Origin: Myxococcota bacterium
GTDB taxonomy: Bacteria > Myxococcota_A > SURF-8
Assembly (NCBI GenBank): GCA_963674735.2
Contig: CAXXQS010000001.1
Span: 1,312,001 to 1,376,000, forward strand
DNA: 64,000 nucleotides
Direction: 5' to 3'
Numbering within the stretch: position 1 is the first letter of the stretch; every line of letters starts with the position of its first letter. Below the pieces are notes generated by a model, which saw only the letters and a list, made by a program, of their open reading frames with translations, did no database searches and was not told the origin of the DNA. The position numbers were made by a program, and so were the translations under genes. This document shows positions 49,705 through 59,541 of this stretch, piece after piece.

Positions 49705-51003
49705 ATGAATCGAACGCGGCGCGTCGCCAAATCTGTATCCTATAGGAATTACGAGGATTTCGCCGTTGTCATCGAGCATCGGAGCGGCAAAACCTTACGC
49801 TTGAATCGCAGTGGGGGGAACTTGCTGGAGCGAGTCGAGAGGAGGGAGACCATCGATGACCCGGATGAACTCGACTTTCTCGCCGATCTCTCACGACTCG
49901 GTATTATTGAGGATGGTCGCGTTAAACCTAGCGCGCATACGGATCGACGCTCTCCCGATAATGAAGAAAATGAGCCGAAAATTCTGCGCGAGTTGCGCGA
50001 TTACGCGTCTCAACGACTGATACCGATTCAGGCACAAATCGAGTTGACCTACCGCTGCCCGCTGAATTGTCAGCATTGTTACCTAAAAGGAGAGCGTCGC
50101 GAACGAGCGGAAGAGCTATCGACGGATGAAACAAAGGCCTTTCTCGATGACTTCTCCGAAATGGGCGGCTTGTTCGTTGTTTTCACCGGCGGGGAACCCT
50201 TTCTGCGGAACGACCTCTCGGAGATATTCCAACATGCACGGAAACGCCGGCTGGCGGTATCGATTCTAACATCCGGGAACGGCATTCAAAACGGATTGAT
50301 CGAGGAAATGGCGGCTTGGGGTATCGATTCGGCCCAGGTCTCGCTTCATGCACCGGACGCGGAAGATCACGACCGTTTCACCGGTTTGGCGGGCTCTTTC
50401 GACAATGCCTGGAAAACACTGCTCACATTTCGTGACAACGGGGTTCCGGTGCGAGCGGCCATCAGCGTAAATAAACTGAACGTCGCCCGGATCGGCGAAC
50501 TGGTCAGCCAGCTTCAGGATCGACAGATTCCATACAATTTCAATCTGAACATGTTGCCATGCCGCAACGGCGATTTTCATCCGCGCGATCTTCAGATCGA
50601 GGAGAAGGAGCTTTCCGCGATAATCGAGCGTTTCGGGGGGCGCGGGACTCCCAGAATGAAGGAGCTTCGAGCAGACGATCCGCCCTGCACGGCTGGAAGA
50701 GGCATTGTTTCAGTCGATCCTTATGGAAATATCTATCCGTGTTTGATGTGGCGTCAGCCGAAAGGAAACCTGAAACAACGTTCGTTCGAGACGATCTGGA
50801 ATGACGTCCACGTTTGGGAGGAGGTTCGGTCCCTGACTTTGCAGGATGTGGATGATTGCCTGGAATGCGAACGGCGACCGTTTTGCAATCGCTGCACCGG
50901 TTTAGCGCTGATGGAAAATCTATCGATGAAAAGCCATTCCGCACTTGACTGCCGCCAAGCGGGTGTGCTAGAGTCTATAACTAGTAAAAAGACGGAAAGG
51001 TAG
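49705..51003 (+). CDS. Radical SAM/SPASM peptide maturase with N-terminal PqqD/RRE-like domain
   Basis: LRLNRSG...FLADLSRLGII (PqqD-like); CPLNCQHC; FTGGEP; SPASM CTAG..DPYGNIYPC..CLEC..FCNRC..C. Confidence 0.9.
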   Translation: MNRTRRVAKSVSYRNYEDFAVVIEHRSGKTLRLNRSGGNLLERVERRETIDDPDELDFLADLSRLGIIEDGRVKPSAHTDRRSPDNEENEPKILRELRDYASQRLIPIQAQIELTYRCPLNCQHCYLKGERRERAEELSTDETKAFLDDFSEMGGLFVVFTGGEPFLRNDLSEIFQHARKRRLAVSILTSGNGIQNGLIEEMAAWGIDSAQVSLHAPDAEDHDRFTGLAGSFDNAWKTLLTFRDNGVPVRAAISVNKLNVARIGELVSQLQDRQIPYNFNLNMLPCRNGDFHPRDLQIEEKELSAIIERFGGRGTPRMKELRADDPPCTAGRGIVSVDPYGNIYPCLMWRQPKGNLKQRSFETIWNDVHVWEEVRSLTLQDVDDCLECERRPFCNRCTGLALMENLSMKSHSALDCRQAGVLESITSKKTER

Positions 51004-51011
51004 GTAGCTCG

Positions 51012-51104
51012 ATGGATAAACCCGTTATTGAAACTGTTGAAACCACGCAAACCACCGATACCACGGACGATTGCCAGTACTGCGCCGGAAAGACACTCTG
51101 CTGA
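51012..51104 (+). CDS. Putative RiPP precursor peptide, 30 aa (not in the ORF track)
   Basis: MDKPVIETVETTQTTDTTDDCQYCAGKTLC*; ATG 8 nt after the rSAM stop with aaggtaggt RBS; fills the intergenic gap. Confidence 0.75.
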   Translation: MDKPVIETVETTQTTDTTDDCQYCAGKTLC

Positions 51105-51114
51105 ACGCTTGCCT

Positions 51115-52086
51115 TTAATCCCACGCGCGCTGAATGGTCAGTTCCGGCAAGGCGGCCTGTAGCGCATCCACTTCGACTTGATCGATAGTAACTTCGATCA
51201 GGGTCAACTTTTTAAGCTTCGATTTGTCGTGCAGGGGTTTGAGGGACTTGACCTGAGTTTTCGTCAGGTCGAGTTCTTCGAGCATCGGCATGCCGTCAAG
51301 CAGGGATAAATCTTGAATGGGAACACCCCAAAGCTTCAAGATGGTCAGATTTTTGAACTTCAGCAGCTGATTCAAGTCATCGATCGGGTCATTGCACAAA
51401 TCCAGATACGTAATACGGTCCGCCACAGAGAATAGGGGTGTGAGATCGCGAACTTGCGTACTGCACACCTGGATCTCCGTGATTTTGGGCAGATCGGCAA
51501 GAACTTGTACATCGGAAACGCTCGTGCGCAGAAGATCGATGCGTTCAAGCTGCGTCATGTCGGCAATGGGCGTAATATCCGCAATGCGGCTCATCTTGGC
51601 GTCGATTTCGGTGAGTTTTGGTAGCGTGGCGATGGGGGTCAGGTCGGCGACGGCCGTGCCCCAGATGTTCAGATATTCAAGATTGATCAGGTTTTTGAGC
51701 GGGGTTAGGTCTTGCAAGTGCGGATTGAAACGCAGGTCCAGTCGGCGCAGATTCGTAAGACCGGAAAGACCACGCAGATCTGTTATCCCGGCGAAAGCCA
51801 GTAGCACCGATTCGAGGTGGGTGCACTGTGGGAGAACCGACAGATCAGCCTCCTTCATGGTTTGGGCGGCTTGTCCGAACCACAATTCGCCTTCTTCCGG
51901 ATGCGCTTCCCACCAGCTTTTCCAATCGCCGTCGCCCCAGGGAGGCATGAAAACCCGGCAGGCCTCCACGATTTCAGGAGAAGGAGCGGGAACGGGTTCG
52001 GGGTCGGGTTTCGGAATGGTATGGCTGCAGGCCATGGAAACGAGAAGAATAGCGGCAAGAAGAGCGAAAGAAAACAGGCGCGGCAT
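51115..52086 (-). CDS. Internalin-like leucine-rich-repeat lipoprotein
   Basis: SMAC lipobox; ~22-aa repeats DLTPLxxLxNLxxLxL. Confidence 0.88.
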   Translation of the reverse strand: MPRLFSFALLAAILLVSMACSHTIPKPDPEPVPAPSPEIVEACRVFMPPWGDGDWKSWWEAHPEEGELWFGQAAQTMKEADLSVLPQCTHLESVLLAFAGITDLRGLSGLTNLRRLDLRFNPHLQDLTPLKNLINLEYLNIWGTAVADLTPIATLPKLTEIDAKMSRIADITPIADMTQLERIDLLRTSVSDVQVLADLPKITEIQVCSTQVRDLTPLFSVADRITYLDLCNDPIDDLNQLLKFKNLTILKLWGVPIQDLSLLDGMPMLEELDLTKTQVKSLKPLHDKSKLKKLTLIEVTIDQVEVDALQAALPELTIQRAWD

Positions 52087-52188
52087 GACGACTCCCTCGG
52101 TTCGATTGACAAACACGCGCATGATAGCACAGTCTGTACGACTTGACTACAGGTGTGACCCGTAATCCTGCCATGGCGTTGTGTGAGA

Positions 52189-52217
52189 TTGACCCGAAAC
52201 CGTTTGGAGGGCATAAT
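52189..52217 (+). promoter_or_regulatory. Sigma70 promoter
   Basis: TTGACC-17-CATAAT. Confidence 0.55.
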
Positions 52218-52241
52218 GCGCATGAAATGGAGGCGAGCGGT

Positions 52242-52745
52242 ATGACGACCACGGACGAACGCATTATTCGACAAGGCATTGTTCGACAAACCTATTCGAA
52301 CGGAACCGCCGATGTTGCGCTGCCTCGGCGCGGGGCTTGCGAAAACTGCAGCGAAAAGGGGCTTTGCTTCGGAGTCGGGGAAGACGAGCCGCAGTTTGTT
52401 CGGGTGACGAATCCCATGGGAGCGATACCCGGTGCACGCGTAGCGGTGGGATATCCGAGCGGATCCTTTTTGCGCGCGTCGCTGACCGTCTATCTCTTGC
52501 CGCTGATCGGCTTGCTGGCTGGGGCCGTTATTGGAACACTGGCAATGGGCGACACGTCACAGGTTCCGGCGATAGCGGGGGCTGGACTCGGCTTCGTATC
52601 GGCCCTGGGGATGAGCGTCGCAATGGATCGCCGAGCGCGCCGGAATCCGCGTTACATTCCCGAAATCGTAGAGGTGAATATCGCTGCATTGGCCTGCACG
52701 CTCGACCTGGAATCCGGCCAATCCGATCATTCGGTCAAGATATGA
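52242..52745 (+). CDS. RseC/MucC family membrane protein
   Basis: ACENCSEKGLC, NPMGAIPGARV, VYLLPL, two TM helices, PEIV. Confidence 0.88.
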   Translation: MTTTDERIIRQGIVRQTYSNGTADVALPRRGACENCSEKGLCFGVGEDEPQFVRVTNPMGAIPGARVAVGYPSGSFLRASLTVYLLPLIGLLAGAVIGTLAMGDTSQVPAIAGAGLGFVSALGMSVAMDRRARRNPRYIPEIVEVNIAALACTLDLESGQSDHSVKI

Positions 52746-53063
52746 TTAATTCTCATTCAAGATTCCCATCCGGTGTTGTCCTCCTTCACACAACCGGCTT
52801 TGTTGTTACGCATAAAATCACCACCGAGACTTGCGTAGCTTCGAATGGATACTCTGATTCGTATCAAAGTGAGTTCAGATAGATTCGATCCCGCCACTTT
52901 CATCTTCGAAAATCGTTGATTGGGAAGAAAATCAATGGCGACCCGGTCTACAAACTGAAATTGTGGAATCCCGACGATCTAAGCCGATCGATTGAAGTGG
53001 AGAGGTTAGCAAACACCTGCTCCGAGTCCGAGTTGACAACCTTCGAGTCGTAAAGGAACTTCA

Positions 53064-54038
53064 ATGAAAGCCATTGTTTATCGTGAATATGGTTCATCGG
53101 ATGTATTGAAGATTGAAGAAATCGACAAGCCGATCCCGAAAGATGATGAAGTGTTGATAAAGGTTCAGGCGGCCTCCGTGAATGCGGCCGATTGGCACCT
53201 TATGCGGGGAGATCCATTTCCGATGCGTCTGCTCTTTGGCTTCTTCAAACCGAAAAACAACCTTCTGGGAGCGGATGTCGCGGGTGTTGTGGAAGCGGTC
53301 GGGAAAAACGTCAAGCAATTCAACGTAGGAGACGCCGTTTTCGGGGATATCTCCAGTTGCGGTTTCGGTGCATTCGCCGAGTATGTGTGTGCGTCTGAGA
53401 CTGTGTTGGCTCTGAAACCGCAAAATACTTCATTCGAGGAAGCCGCCGCGACACCCATGGCCGCCGTGACCGCTTTGCAGGGTCTGCGCGATAAGGGTGA
53501 CATTCAACCCGGCAAGAAAGTTCTGATCAACGGTGCTTCCGGCGGTGTGGGGACATTCGCCGTACAAATCGCCAAATTGCTTGGGGCCGATGTGACGGGC
53601 GTTTGCAGTACGAAAAACGTCGAAATGGTACAAACGCTTGGAGCAGACCACGTTATTGACTACACAAAAGATGATTTCGCAAGTAATGGCCAGCGTTATG
53701 ATCTCGTTCATGCCGTCAACGGAAATCGGTCGATTTTCGATTATAAACGCGCGCTCAGTGCGACGGGGATCTACGTTACGAGCGGCGGAGCCGGGACTCA
53801 GATGCTCCAGGCCATGCTGATCGGACCATGGCTTTTCCTGGCCGGACGCCAGAAAATGAAAATCCTGATGGCCATGCCGAATCAAAACGATCTGACCTTT
53901 ATCAAGGAGCTTCTGGAAGCCGGCAAAATCAAACCCGTCATCCATCGGCGCTACTCGTTCAACGAGGTTCCTGAGGCGATCCGCTATGTCGAAGAAGGAC
54001 ATGCCTCCGGGAAAGCCGTCATAAACTTCGGATCATGA
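53064..54038 (+). CDS. MDR-family NAD(P)H oxidoreductase (Zn-free, quinone-reductase-like)
   Basis: AASVNAADW, GADVAG, NGASGGVG, GHASGK. Confidence 0.92.
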   Translation: MKAIVYREYGSSDVLKIEEIDKPIPKDDEVLIKVQAASVNAADWHLMRGDPFPMRLLFGFFKPKNNLLGADVAGVVEAVGKNVKQFNVGDAVFGDISSCGFGAFAEYVCASETVLALKPQNTSFEEAAATPMAAVTALQGLRDKGDIQPGKKVLINGASGGVGTFAVQIAKLLGADVTGVCSTKNVEMVQTLGADHVIDYTKDDFASNGQRYDLVHAVNGNRSIFDYKRALSATGIYVTSGGAGTQMLQAMLIGPWLFLAGRQKMKILMAMPNQNDLTFIKELLEAGKIKPVIHRRYSFNEVPEAIRYVEEGHASGKAVINFGS

Positions 54039-54071
54039 AAACGATTTTGGCCAGACGGGTTGCTTGAAGTA

Positions 54072-56120
54072 TTAGAATAACTCGAACATTTCAACACGCA
54101 AAACGATTTTCGCGTACGGGCTGTTCGCTTCGAACGTGTGATCCGTCAACGGCACCTGGCCACTGAACGAAACCAGTTCTTCGTGTGGATCGAAGCGCCA
54201 TTCGTTCACGTTGTAGCGCTCGTAAAAATCCACTTCTAAAAGCTTCATGCTCAGGGTCAATTGGGTCATGGCATCGAAAACCGGACCTTCGAAGATCACG
54301 AGCCCCGGCGCTTGAACTTCGACTCCGTCGGGGTGGATGTACAGATCCGGTGCGCGGTGCTCCACTTTACTTTCGTGAACCACCACGTTTTTGCCGAAGG
54401 TCTCCTGGATGTACGGATTGAATCGCACGGATGATTCGAAACTGATTTCAGCCGGAGCCACGCCGTTTTCCCCATCGCCCAGGCTGTGATTCTCGCGATC
54501 CGAAAACAGGTGGACTTCGTCGAGGGTGATACGGACCTTGCGGTCGTGGAATAATCCGGCGGTCGCCAAGAGTCCCGCGCCTTCGGTGTCGGGATAATTC
54601 ATGTGGTCGATATAAAACGTCGTGTGAGTCGGACGCACGGTTTGCCCCGAAGGCGTTTTGAAAGCCAGCGCTTCGGGTTGATCGTGGAAGAATTCATCGA
54701 AAGTGTACATGATGCCGTCGTTCGGCTCATGGGTGGGGTTGTCGATATCGAGTAGCTGAATGCCTAAGGCCTCCTCGATGCGCGGATCGGTGGCACAGCC
54801 GTGATGAATCAGCATTCCACCGAAGTAAGGGGAATTGGCTTCATACAGCTTGTGGTCCCAGGCCGCCACTTCATCCATGGCAATGTCGGGATGCATGATA
54901 ATGAAATCGGCCAGTTGCAAACCGACGACACCCAATAATCCACCGATCCCCTGAACGACCGGATTGCCGTACAGACGCGCCAGACGGGCCCCGGCGATGA
55001 CGCCCGCCGAGGTGAACCAGCGAACGAACCGGTTTTCGGCGGCCAGATTTTCGAGGTTGTTTTCTATGACATAACGAGTAACGTAGCATCCCATGGAATG
55101 GCAGGTCAGGTTGATGTGGGTGGCACCCGTTTCTTCGAGTTTGTGGCGTAAGTATTTGGCCACGATCAACCCGTAGCGGTGAAGTGTTTCGGGGCCATCG
55201 TAAGGATATTGCTCGATTTCCTCGATTTCGTCGTTTGTATAGATCGGATCCGGTATCGCCCCGTAGTACTCGATTTTGAAAAATCCTTGCGGGGAAGACG
55301 CCCCCGCAGGTGTATCGCCGCAGGGACGATCGATGCCGTTTTGTCGCATCATATCGAGAATTCCGCTGCAACTGCGAGTTGCGCCGTAAACGGTTTGTTC
55401 AAGATCGGCATTGCCTTTGTTGCTGAATCCATGAAGCCAAACCGTGATCGTCGTTTCATTCGAGTAGTCTTTTTCACCGCTGAATGCAGGATGCGAGGCG
55501 CAATCGGCCGGACAGCCATCGGGGGTTTCGCAAGGATCGCACAAGCCATCGCCGCAGGTTGCCCATCTATCCTGATTGACGACAGGCCCGATACAGATCC
55601 CCAATAGGCACCAACCACCGGGGCAGGTTTCCTCTACGCCCATGGTGCAAGTGTAATCGATGGAAGCCGGATCGACACATTCGTAATCGCCCCAGTCGAT
55701 CTCATCCGGATCGCTCTCCGTAACATCGAAGTCGAAATCGGATTCGGCATCGAGATCTTCGTCCAAGTCGCGATCGCCATCGATCAAATGATCTTCATCG
55801 GACGGGATTTCCATTTCTTTCTCGCCATCGCCGGGAAGAAGGTCTCCATCGGGGATATCTCCGTCGGAAGGCTCGTCCAAATCGGTCTCCCGGTCGCCAT
55901 CGCCCGGATCTTCGGGAACGCAGATTCCCCAGCCATCAACACTGCCGGGCGGAACGTAGCAGATCGTGTCATCCTGGCAGTCCGAATCTTCCTTGCAGAT
56001 GCCCGTGACCGAATCGCCGTCGGGAAGCGAATCGGCAGATAGATCACTTGAGCCGCATCCTCCGACAAGAAGACAAAGGCCCAGACCCATGCAAAACCAT
56101 CGAACTGCGCGCCATGACAT
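54072..56120 (-). CDS. Lipoprotein with DGD linker and alpha/beta-hydrolase (lipase-like) domain
   Basis: VGGC lipobox; WLHGF oxyanion motif; CHSMG nucleophile elbow; NDGI; DH. Confidence 0.7.
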   Translation of the reverse strand: MSWRAVRWFCMGLGLCLLVGGCGSSDLSADSLPDGDSVTGICKEDSDCQDDTICYVPPGSVDGWGICVPEDPGDGDRETDLDEPSDGDIPDGDLLPGDGEKEMEIPSDEDHLIDGDRDLDEDLDAESDFDFDVTESDPDEIDWGDYECVDPASIDYTCTMGVEETCPGGWCLLGICIGPVVNQDRWATCGDGLCDPCETPDGCPADCASHPAFSGEKDYSNETTITVWLHGFSNKGNADLEQTVYGATRSCSGILDMMRQNGIDRPCGDTPAGASSPQGFFKIEYYGAIPDPIYTNDEIEEIEQYPYDGPETLHRYGLIVAKYLRHKLEETGATHINLTCHSMGCYVTRYVIENNLENLAAENRFVRWFTSAGVIAGARLARLYGNPVVQGIGGLLGVVGLQLADFIIMHPDIAMDEVAAWDHKLYEANSPYFGGMLIHHGCATDPRIEEALGIQLLDIDNPTHEPNDGIMYTFDEFFHDQPEALAFKTPSGQTVRPTHTTFYIDHMNYPDTEGAGLLATAGLFHDRKVRITLDEVHLFSDRENHSLGDGENGVAPAEISFESSVRFNPYIQETFGKNVVVHESKVEHRAPDLYIHPDGVEVQAPGLVIFEGPVFDAMTQLTLSMKLLEVDFYERYNVNEWRFDPHEELVSFSGQVPLTDHTFEANSPYAKIVLRVEMFELF

Positions 56121-56280
56121 CGTTAACTCCCTGCATCTTCGGAAAGATCCCGTTCGTTATCGAGAACCTGAGCGATGGTGAATGATCACTTTCAGTGTTG
56201 TAAATACAATCTTAGACCGAACGGCCGGCGATTTCAAGGCAGAACGAAATTCCCACTTGCGGGACGACATCGAAGGGCAA

Positions 56281-58233
56281 TCAATCGTCGGGGGTAATTT
56301 TGAATTTGGAAAGTTTCGCCATGAAGGCTTGACGCGAAATCCCAAGAATCTGAGCCGTTTTCGACCGATTCCAGTTGTTATTCTCAAGTGCCCGCCGAAT
56401 GACCCTGATTTCATAAGCGTCGAGGACTTCTTTCAAGCTTCGGCCGTTGAATACGATTTTTTCTTCTTTACCATTGACTCCGGGCTTGGAAATCATCGGC
56501 GAAAAATGCCGGATTTCGATGGGTTCATTGGGCTCGACCATCAAAAGAGCTCGTTGAATCTCGTTTTTTAAATGGCGAACGTTTCCGGGGAAGGGGCTAC
56601 GGCGCAATTCCTGTATGCAACTCGGTGAAAAGTCGTTCCCGTATTTTTTTGTCTCGCGTTGGTACATACGCAGAAAATGTCGCGCCAGCAATTCGATGTC
56701 GTCGGGACGCTCGCGTAGCGGAGGGAGACTGATGGGAAAGGTGTTGATGCGATAATACAGATCCTCGCGGAAGCGTCCCGCCGCAACTTCTTCTTCGAGA
56801 TTTTTGTTCGTGGCGCAGATTACTCGCACGTTGACTTTGCGAGGTTGCGTGGCTCCCACGGCCATTACCTCGCCCTCTTGAAGCGCACGCAACAATTTGA
56901 CCTGAAGGTGGAAGGGGGTTTCGCCTATTTCATCCAGGAAAAGAGTGCCTCCGTCCGCCACTTCGAAAAGCCCTTTCTTGTTGTCGATCGCACCGGTAAA
57001 GGCCCCTTTGACATGGCCGAACAACTCGCTTTCCAACAATGTATCCGAAAAGGTTCCGCAATTGACGGCGGCAAAAATCGCCCCGCTGCGTTTCGATTGT
57101 TTGTGAATCGATTGGGCGACTACTTCTTTGCCCGTACCCGTATCGCCAAGAATCATCACCGTCAACTCGGAAGGCCCGACGGTTTCAATCTGCCGGCGCA
57201 CGGACTGCATGGCGTTCGAGTTTCCGATCAGACGTCGATCGTCCTCGGTTTGCCTAATCATGGATTTCAGATACACATTTTCGTTCTTCAGTTTCTCTTC
57301 CGCTTCTCTTACGACCTCGATCAGACGAAGGTTGACGACACGGGCTGAAAAAACATAGGTGATCAGCGAAACGAGATCCAAATCGTGCTCGTTTAAAGCG
57401 ATGGAATGAGATGTATTTCCGATTTCGACGAAACCGATGACACGCTCCTGCTGGATAAGAGGAGAAAGAATCATGGTTCGTAGGGGTTTGGCAGCCTGAC
57501 CGGCGACGCGCAGCCCGACAATCTGTTCCGCATCAAGCAGCAAAGCCCGGCGTTGGGTCCAGCCTTCATCAAACCAGACATCCGCGCGGGTGAGGTCCGC
57601 CGAAATATCTTTGGTTTTGCTTGTAAAGTAAACCTGTCGCCATTTGCTATCGATGGTTGTTTCTTCCCGATGCAGGGCCACATATTCGGCGTTGGGAACG
57701 TGGTTGAGCAGAAAGAGGGCGACATGTTGGTAAATGTCTTGTGCCTTGTCGCGTTCGTGGATTTCTTTCTGAAAGCGGAACAATGAGCGCACCAAGGATT
57801 TATCATCGAGAATCTGTTGAGAAAGCAGCGAGAAATCCGAGATCGCGCGAGAAGCTAAAATCGTCTTTCCACTTTCGTCTTTGGATTCGCCCTCCGCTTC
57901 CCCCTCGAAAAGCCGGACATGTATGCGCGTTGGAGATTGGATATCACCCAGAAGTAGCGAGTCGCCATCCCGGATTTCGCGTTCTTTGAACTTGATGCCG
58001 TCCACAACGAATTGTTCGCCATCGACTTCCACCATCGAGCCGTTCGTGCTCTGCAGATCCTGATAAAAATATCGACCGTCCCGGAAGACCAACTGCCCAT
58101 GCAAACTCGAAACGCGCGGGTCGTGAAGAAAAAAATCGTTCGAAACGGCGCGCCCGATCAAGATGTGATCCTTCGAATAGGTTCGTTGAATCGTTTCACC
58201 ATCGATTTCAGCTATCAATTCGACTAGCCACAT
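56281..58233 (-). CDS. Sigma54-dependent activator, FHA-GAF-AAA+-HTH
   Basis: IGRA..VSSLH..DLQSTNG; GDTGTGKE; GAFTGA; LDEIGE; REDLYYR; PGNVR; C-terminal HTH. Confidence 0.95.
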   Translation of the reverse strand: MWLVELIAEIDGETIQRTYSKDHILIGRAVSNDFFLHDPRVSSLHGQLVFRDGRYFYQDLQSTNGSMVEVDGEQFVVDGIKFKEREIRDGDSLLLGDIQSPTRIHVRLFEGEAEGESKDESGKTILASRAISDFSLLSQQILDDKSLVRSLFRFQKEIHERDKAQDIYQHVALFLLNHVPNAEYVALHREETTIDSKWRQVYFTSKTKDISADLTRADVWFDEGWTQRRALLLDAEQIVGLRVAGQAAKPLRTMILSPLIQQERVIGFVEIGNTSHSIALNEHDLDLVSLITYVFSARVVNLRLIEVVREAEEKLKNENVYLKSMIRQTEDDRRLIGNSNAMQSVRRQIETVGPSELTVMILGDTGTGKEVVAQSIHKQSKRSGAIFAAVNCGTFSDTLLESELFGHVKGAFTGAIDNKKGLFEVADGGTLFLDEIGETPFHLQVKLLRALQEGEVMAVGATQPRKVNVRVICATNKNLEEEVAAGRFREDLYYRINTFPISLPPLRERPDDIELLARHFLRMYQRETKKYGNDFSPSCIQELRRSPFPGNVRHLKNEIQRALLMVEPNEPIEIRHFSPMISKPGVNGKEEKIVFNGRSLKEVLDAYEIRVIRRALENNNWNRSKTAQILGISRQAFMAKLSKFKITPDD

Positions 58234-58248
58234 ACTTAAGCTCCTACC

Positions 58249-59187
58249 TTACCAAGATCCGATGAGTTTTAAGCCGGTCATTAAAAAGGTCGAACTTTCC
58301 GCCGGTTCGAACCGAACGACCCCGCCGGGACCGACGTTCAAGCCGATAGCCACATTCGCGTGCAAACGAACGAAAAAGGCGGGGTCGAAAAGCCAGATCA
58401 GACCGGCACGGTCGTCGATGCCATCCCATCCGAAAAAGACCGGACCGACCGCAACGGGTATTTGCATCCAGAAACGCGAAAGGTGATAGTTCCAGGCTGG
58501 GTTGAAGAGAATTCCCAGAACATTCAGGTTCCGGTTGTCGTCTTTACCCGCGTGTTGTTGAAACCATATACGTCCACCTAACGTGAATCCTTGTCCGACT
58601 GCCGCCTCCGCCGATGCCGAAACGAAATAACCGACATTGAAATAATCGGTGTCGTTGCCGACCAGAAAGGCAGCACCCGCACTCGCTCCGGCGGCTCTTT
58701 GAATGATCGGCCAGCGGGGAGGTTCGGAAACCGGTTCTATTGGGGGTTCGGGAACTGGAGCGACTTCAGGAATTTGCTCGGGTTTCGGGGCAGGTTCAAC
58801 AACAACGGGAGGCCGAAGCGTTTCCATTTCCAGCTTGGCTTTTTTATAAACACGGTAGATCTTGGGGGAAACCTGTTGTTCGGAAAGAACAAAATCCGGA
58901 TTTAAACGCATCAAGCTGCGAAAAGAGGCCTCTGCCTCTGCTTCACGTCCAAGAGCGACAAGCGTATAGGCCTTGTATTCATAGATGTCGGATAGCGAAT
59001 AGGTTTTGTCTTTACTGCGACTCGCGATTTCTTCAGCTTGTGTAAGCTTGTCAAGCGTGCAGCTGTAATTCAACTCGCCGTAACAAATCAACGCTTCGCG
59101 AAACAGGTTCTCGGAATCAGGCGATTGGGCTACAGCTGTCGAAAGGGTTAAAAATAGCGTTAGAACGAGAAAGACAAACAACCGCAT
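58249..59187 (-). CDS. Exported protein with TPR region, Pro-rich linker and small beta-barrel-like C-terminus
   Basis: Signal peptide from ATG 59187; LGREAEAEASF..LNPD..SPKI; terminal Trp. Confidence 0.75.
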   Translation of the reverse strand: MRLFVFLVLTLFLTLSTAVAQSPDSENLFREALICYGELNYSCTLDKLTQAEEIASRSKDKTYSLSDIYEYKAYTLVALGREAEAEASFRSLMRLNPDFVLSEQQVSPKIYRVYKKAKLEMETLRPPVVVEPAPKPEQIPEVAPVPEPPIEPVSEPPRWPIIQRAAGASAGAAFLVGNDTDYFNVGYFVSASAEAAVGQGFTLGGRIWFQQHAGKDDNRNLNVLGILFNPAWNYHLSRFWMQIPVAVGPVFFGWDGIDDRAGLIWLFDPAFFVRLHANVAIGLNVGPGGVVRFEPAESSTFLMTGLKLIGSW

Positions 59188-59480
59188 TGGCCCCGTCTTG
59201 ATTAGTTGACAAACCAAGCGAGCAACAACTGGACTGTCTCTCTGTTCTGTAAAGAATACTTGATACATAATGCCAGAATGATAGAAAATATTCTTAAAAT
59301 ACGCAAGTGAATCTAAGGTTTCAGAGCAGTTTCGGATCTCACTCCAATTCGTCAAGCCTGCTTTACACTTTCCAAAGAGAAAACGAGACCATACGGAAAG
59401 CGCCGGAAGTATCCCTATATGATCTCGGAATATTCTCGCGTTATTTCTGTTCTTTTACTAGAATACAATCGTTTTGGCGG

Positions 59481-59505
59481 ATGGATGATGAAAGTCATCA
59501 TTCAT
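59481..59505. promoter_or_regulatory. Fur-family-like operator
   Basis: atggatgatga-aag-tcatcattcat inverted repeat; the core gatgatgaaagtcatcatt matches 14/19 of GATAATGATAATCATTATC. Confidence 0.55.
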
Positions 59506-59541
59506 TCTCGGTCGACTAGACTGTCATTTTAGGAGACTCAC

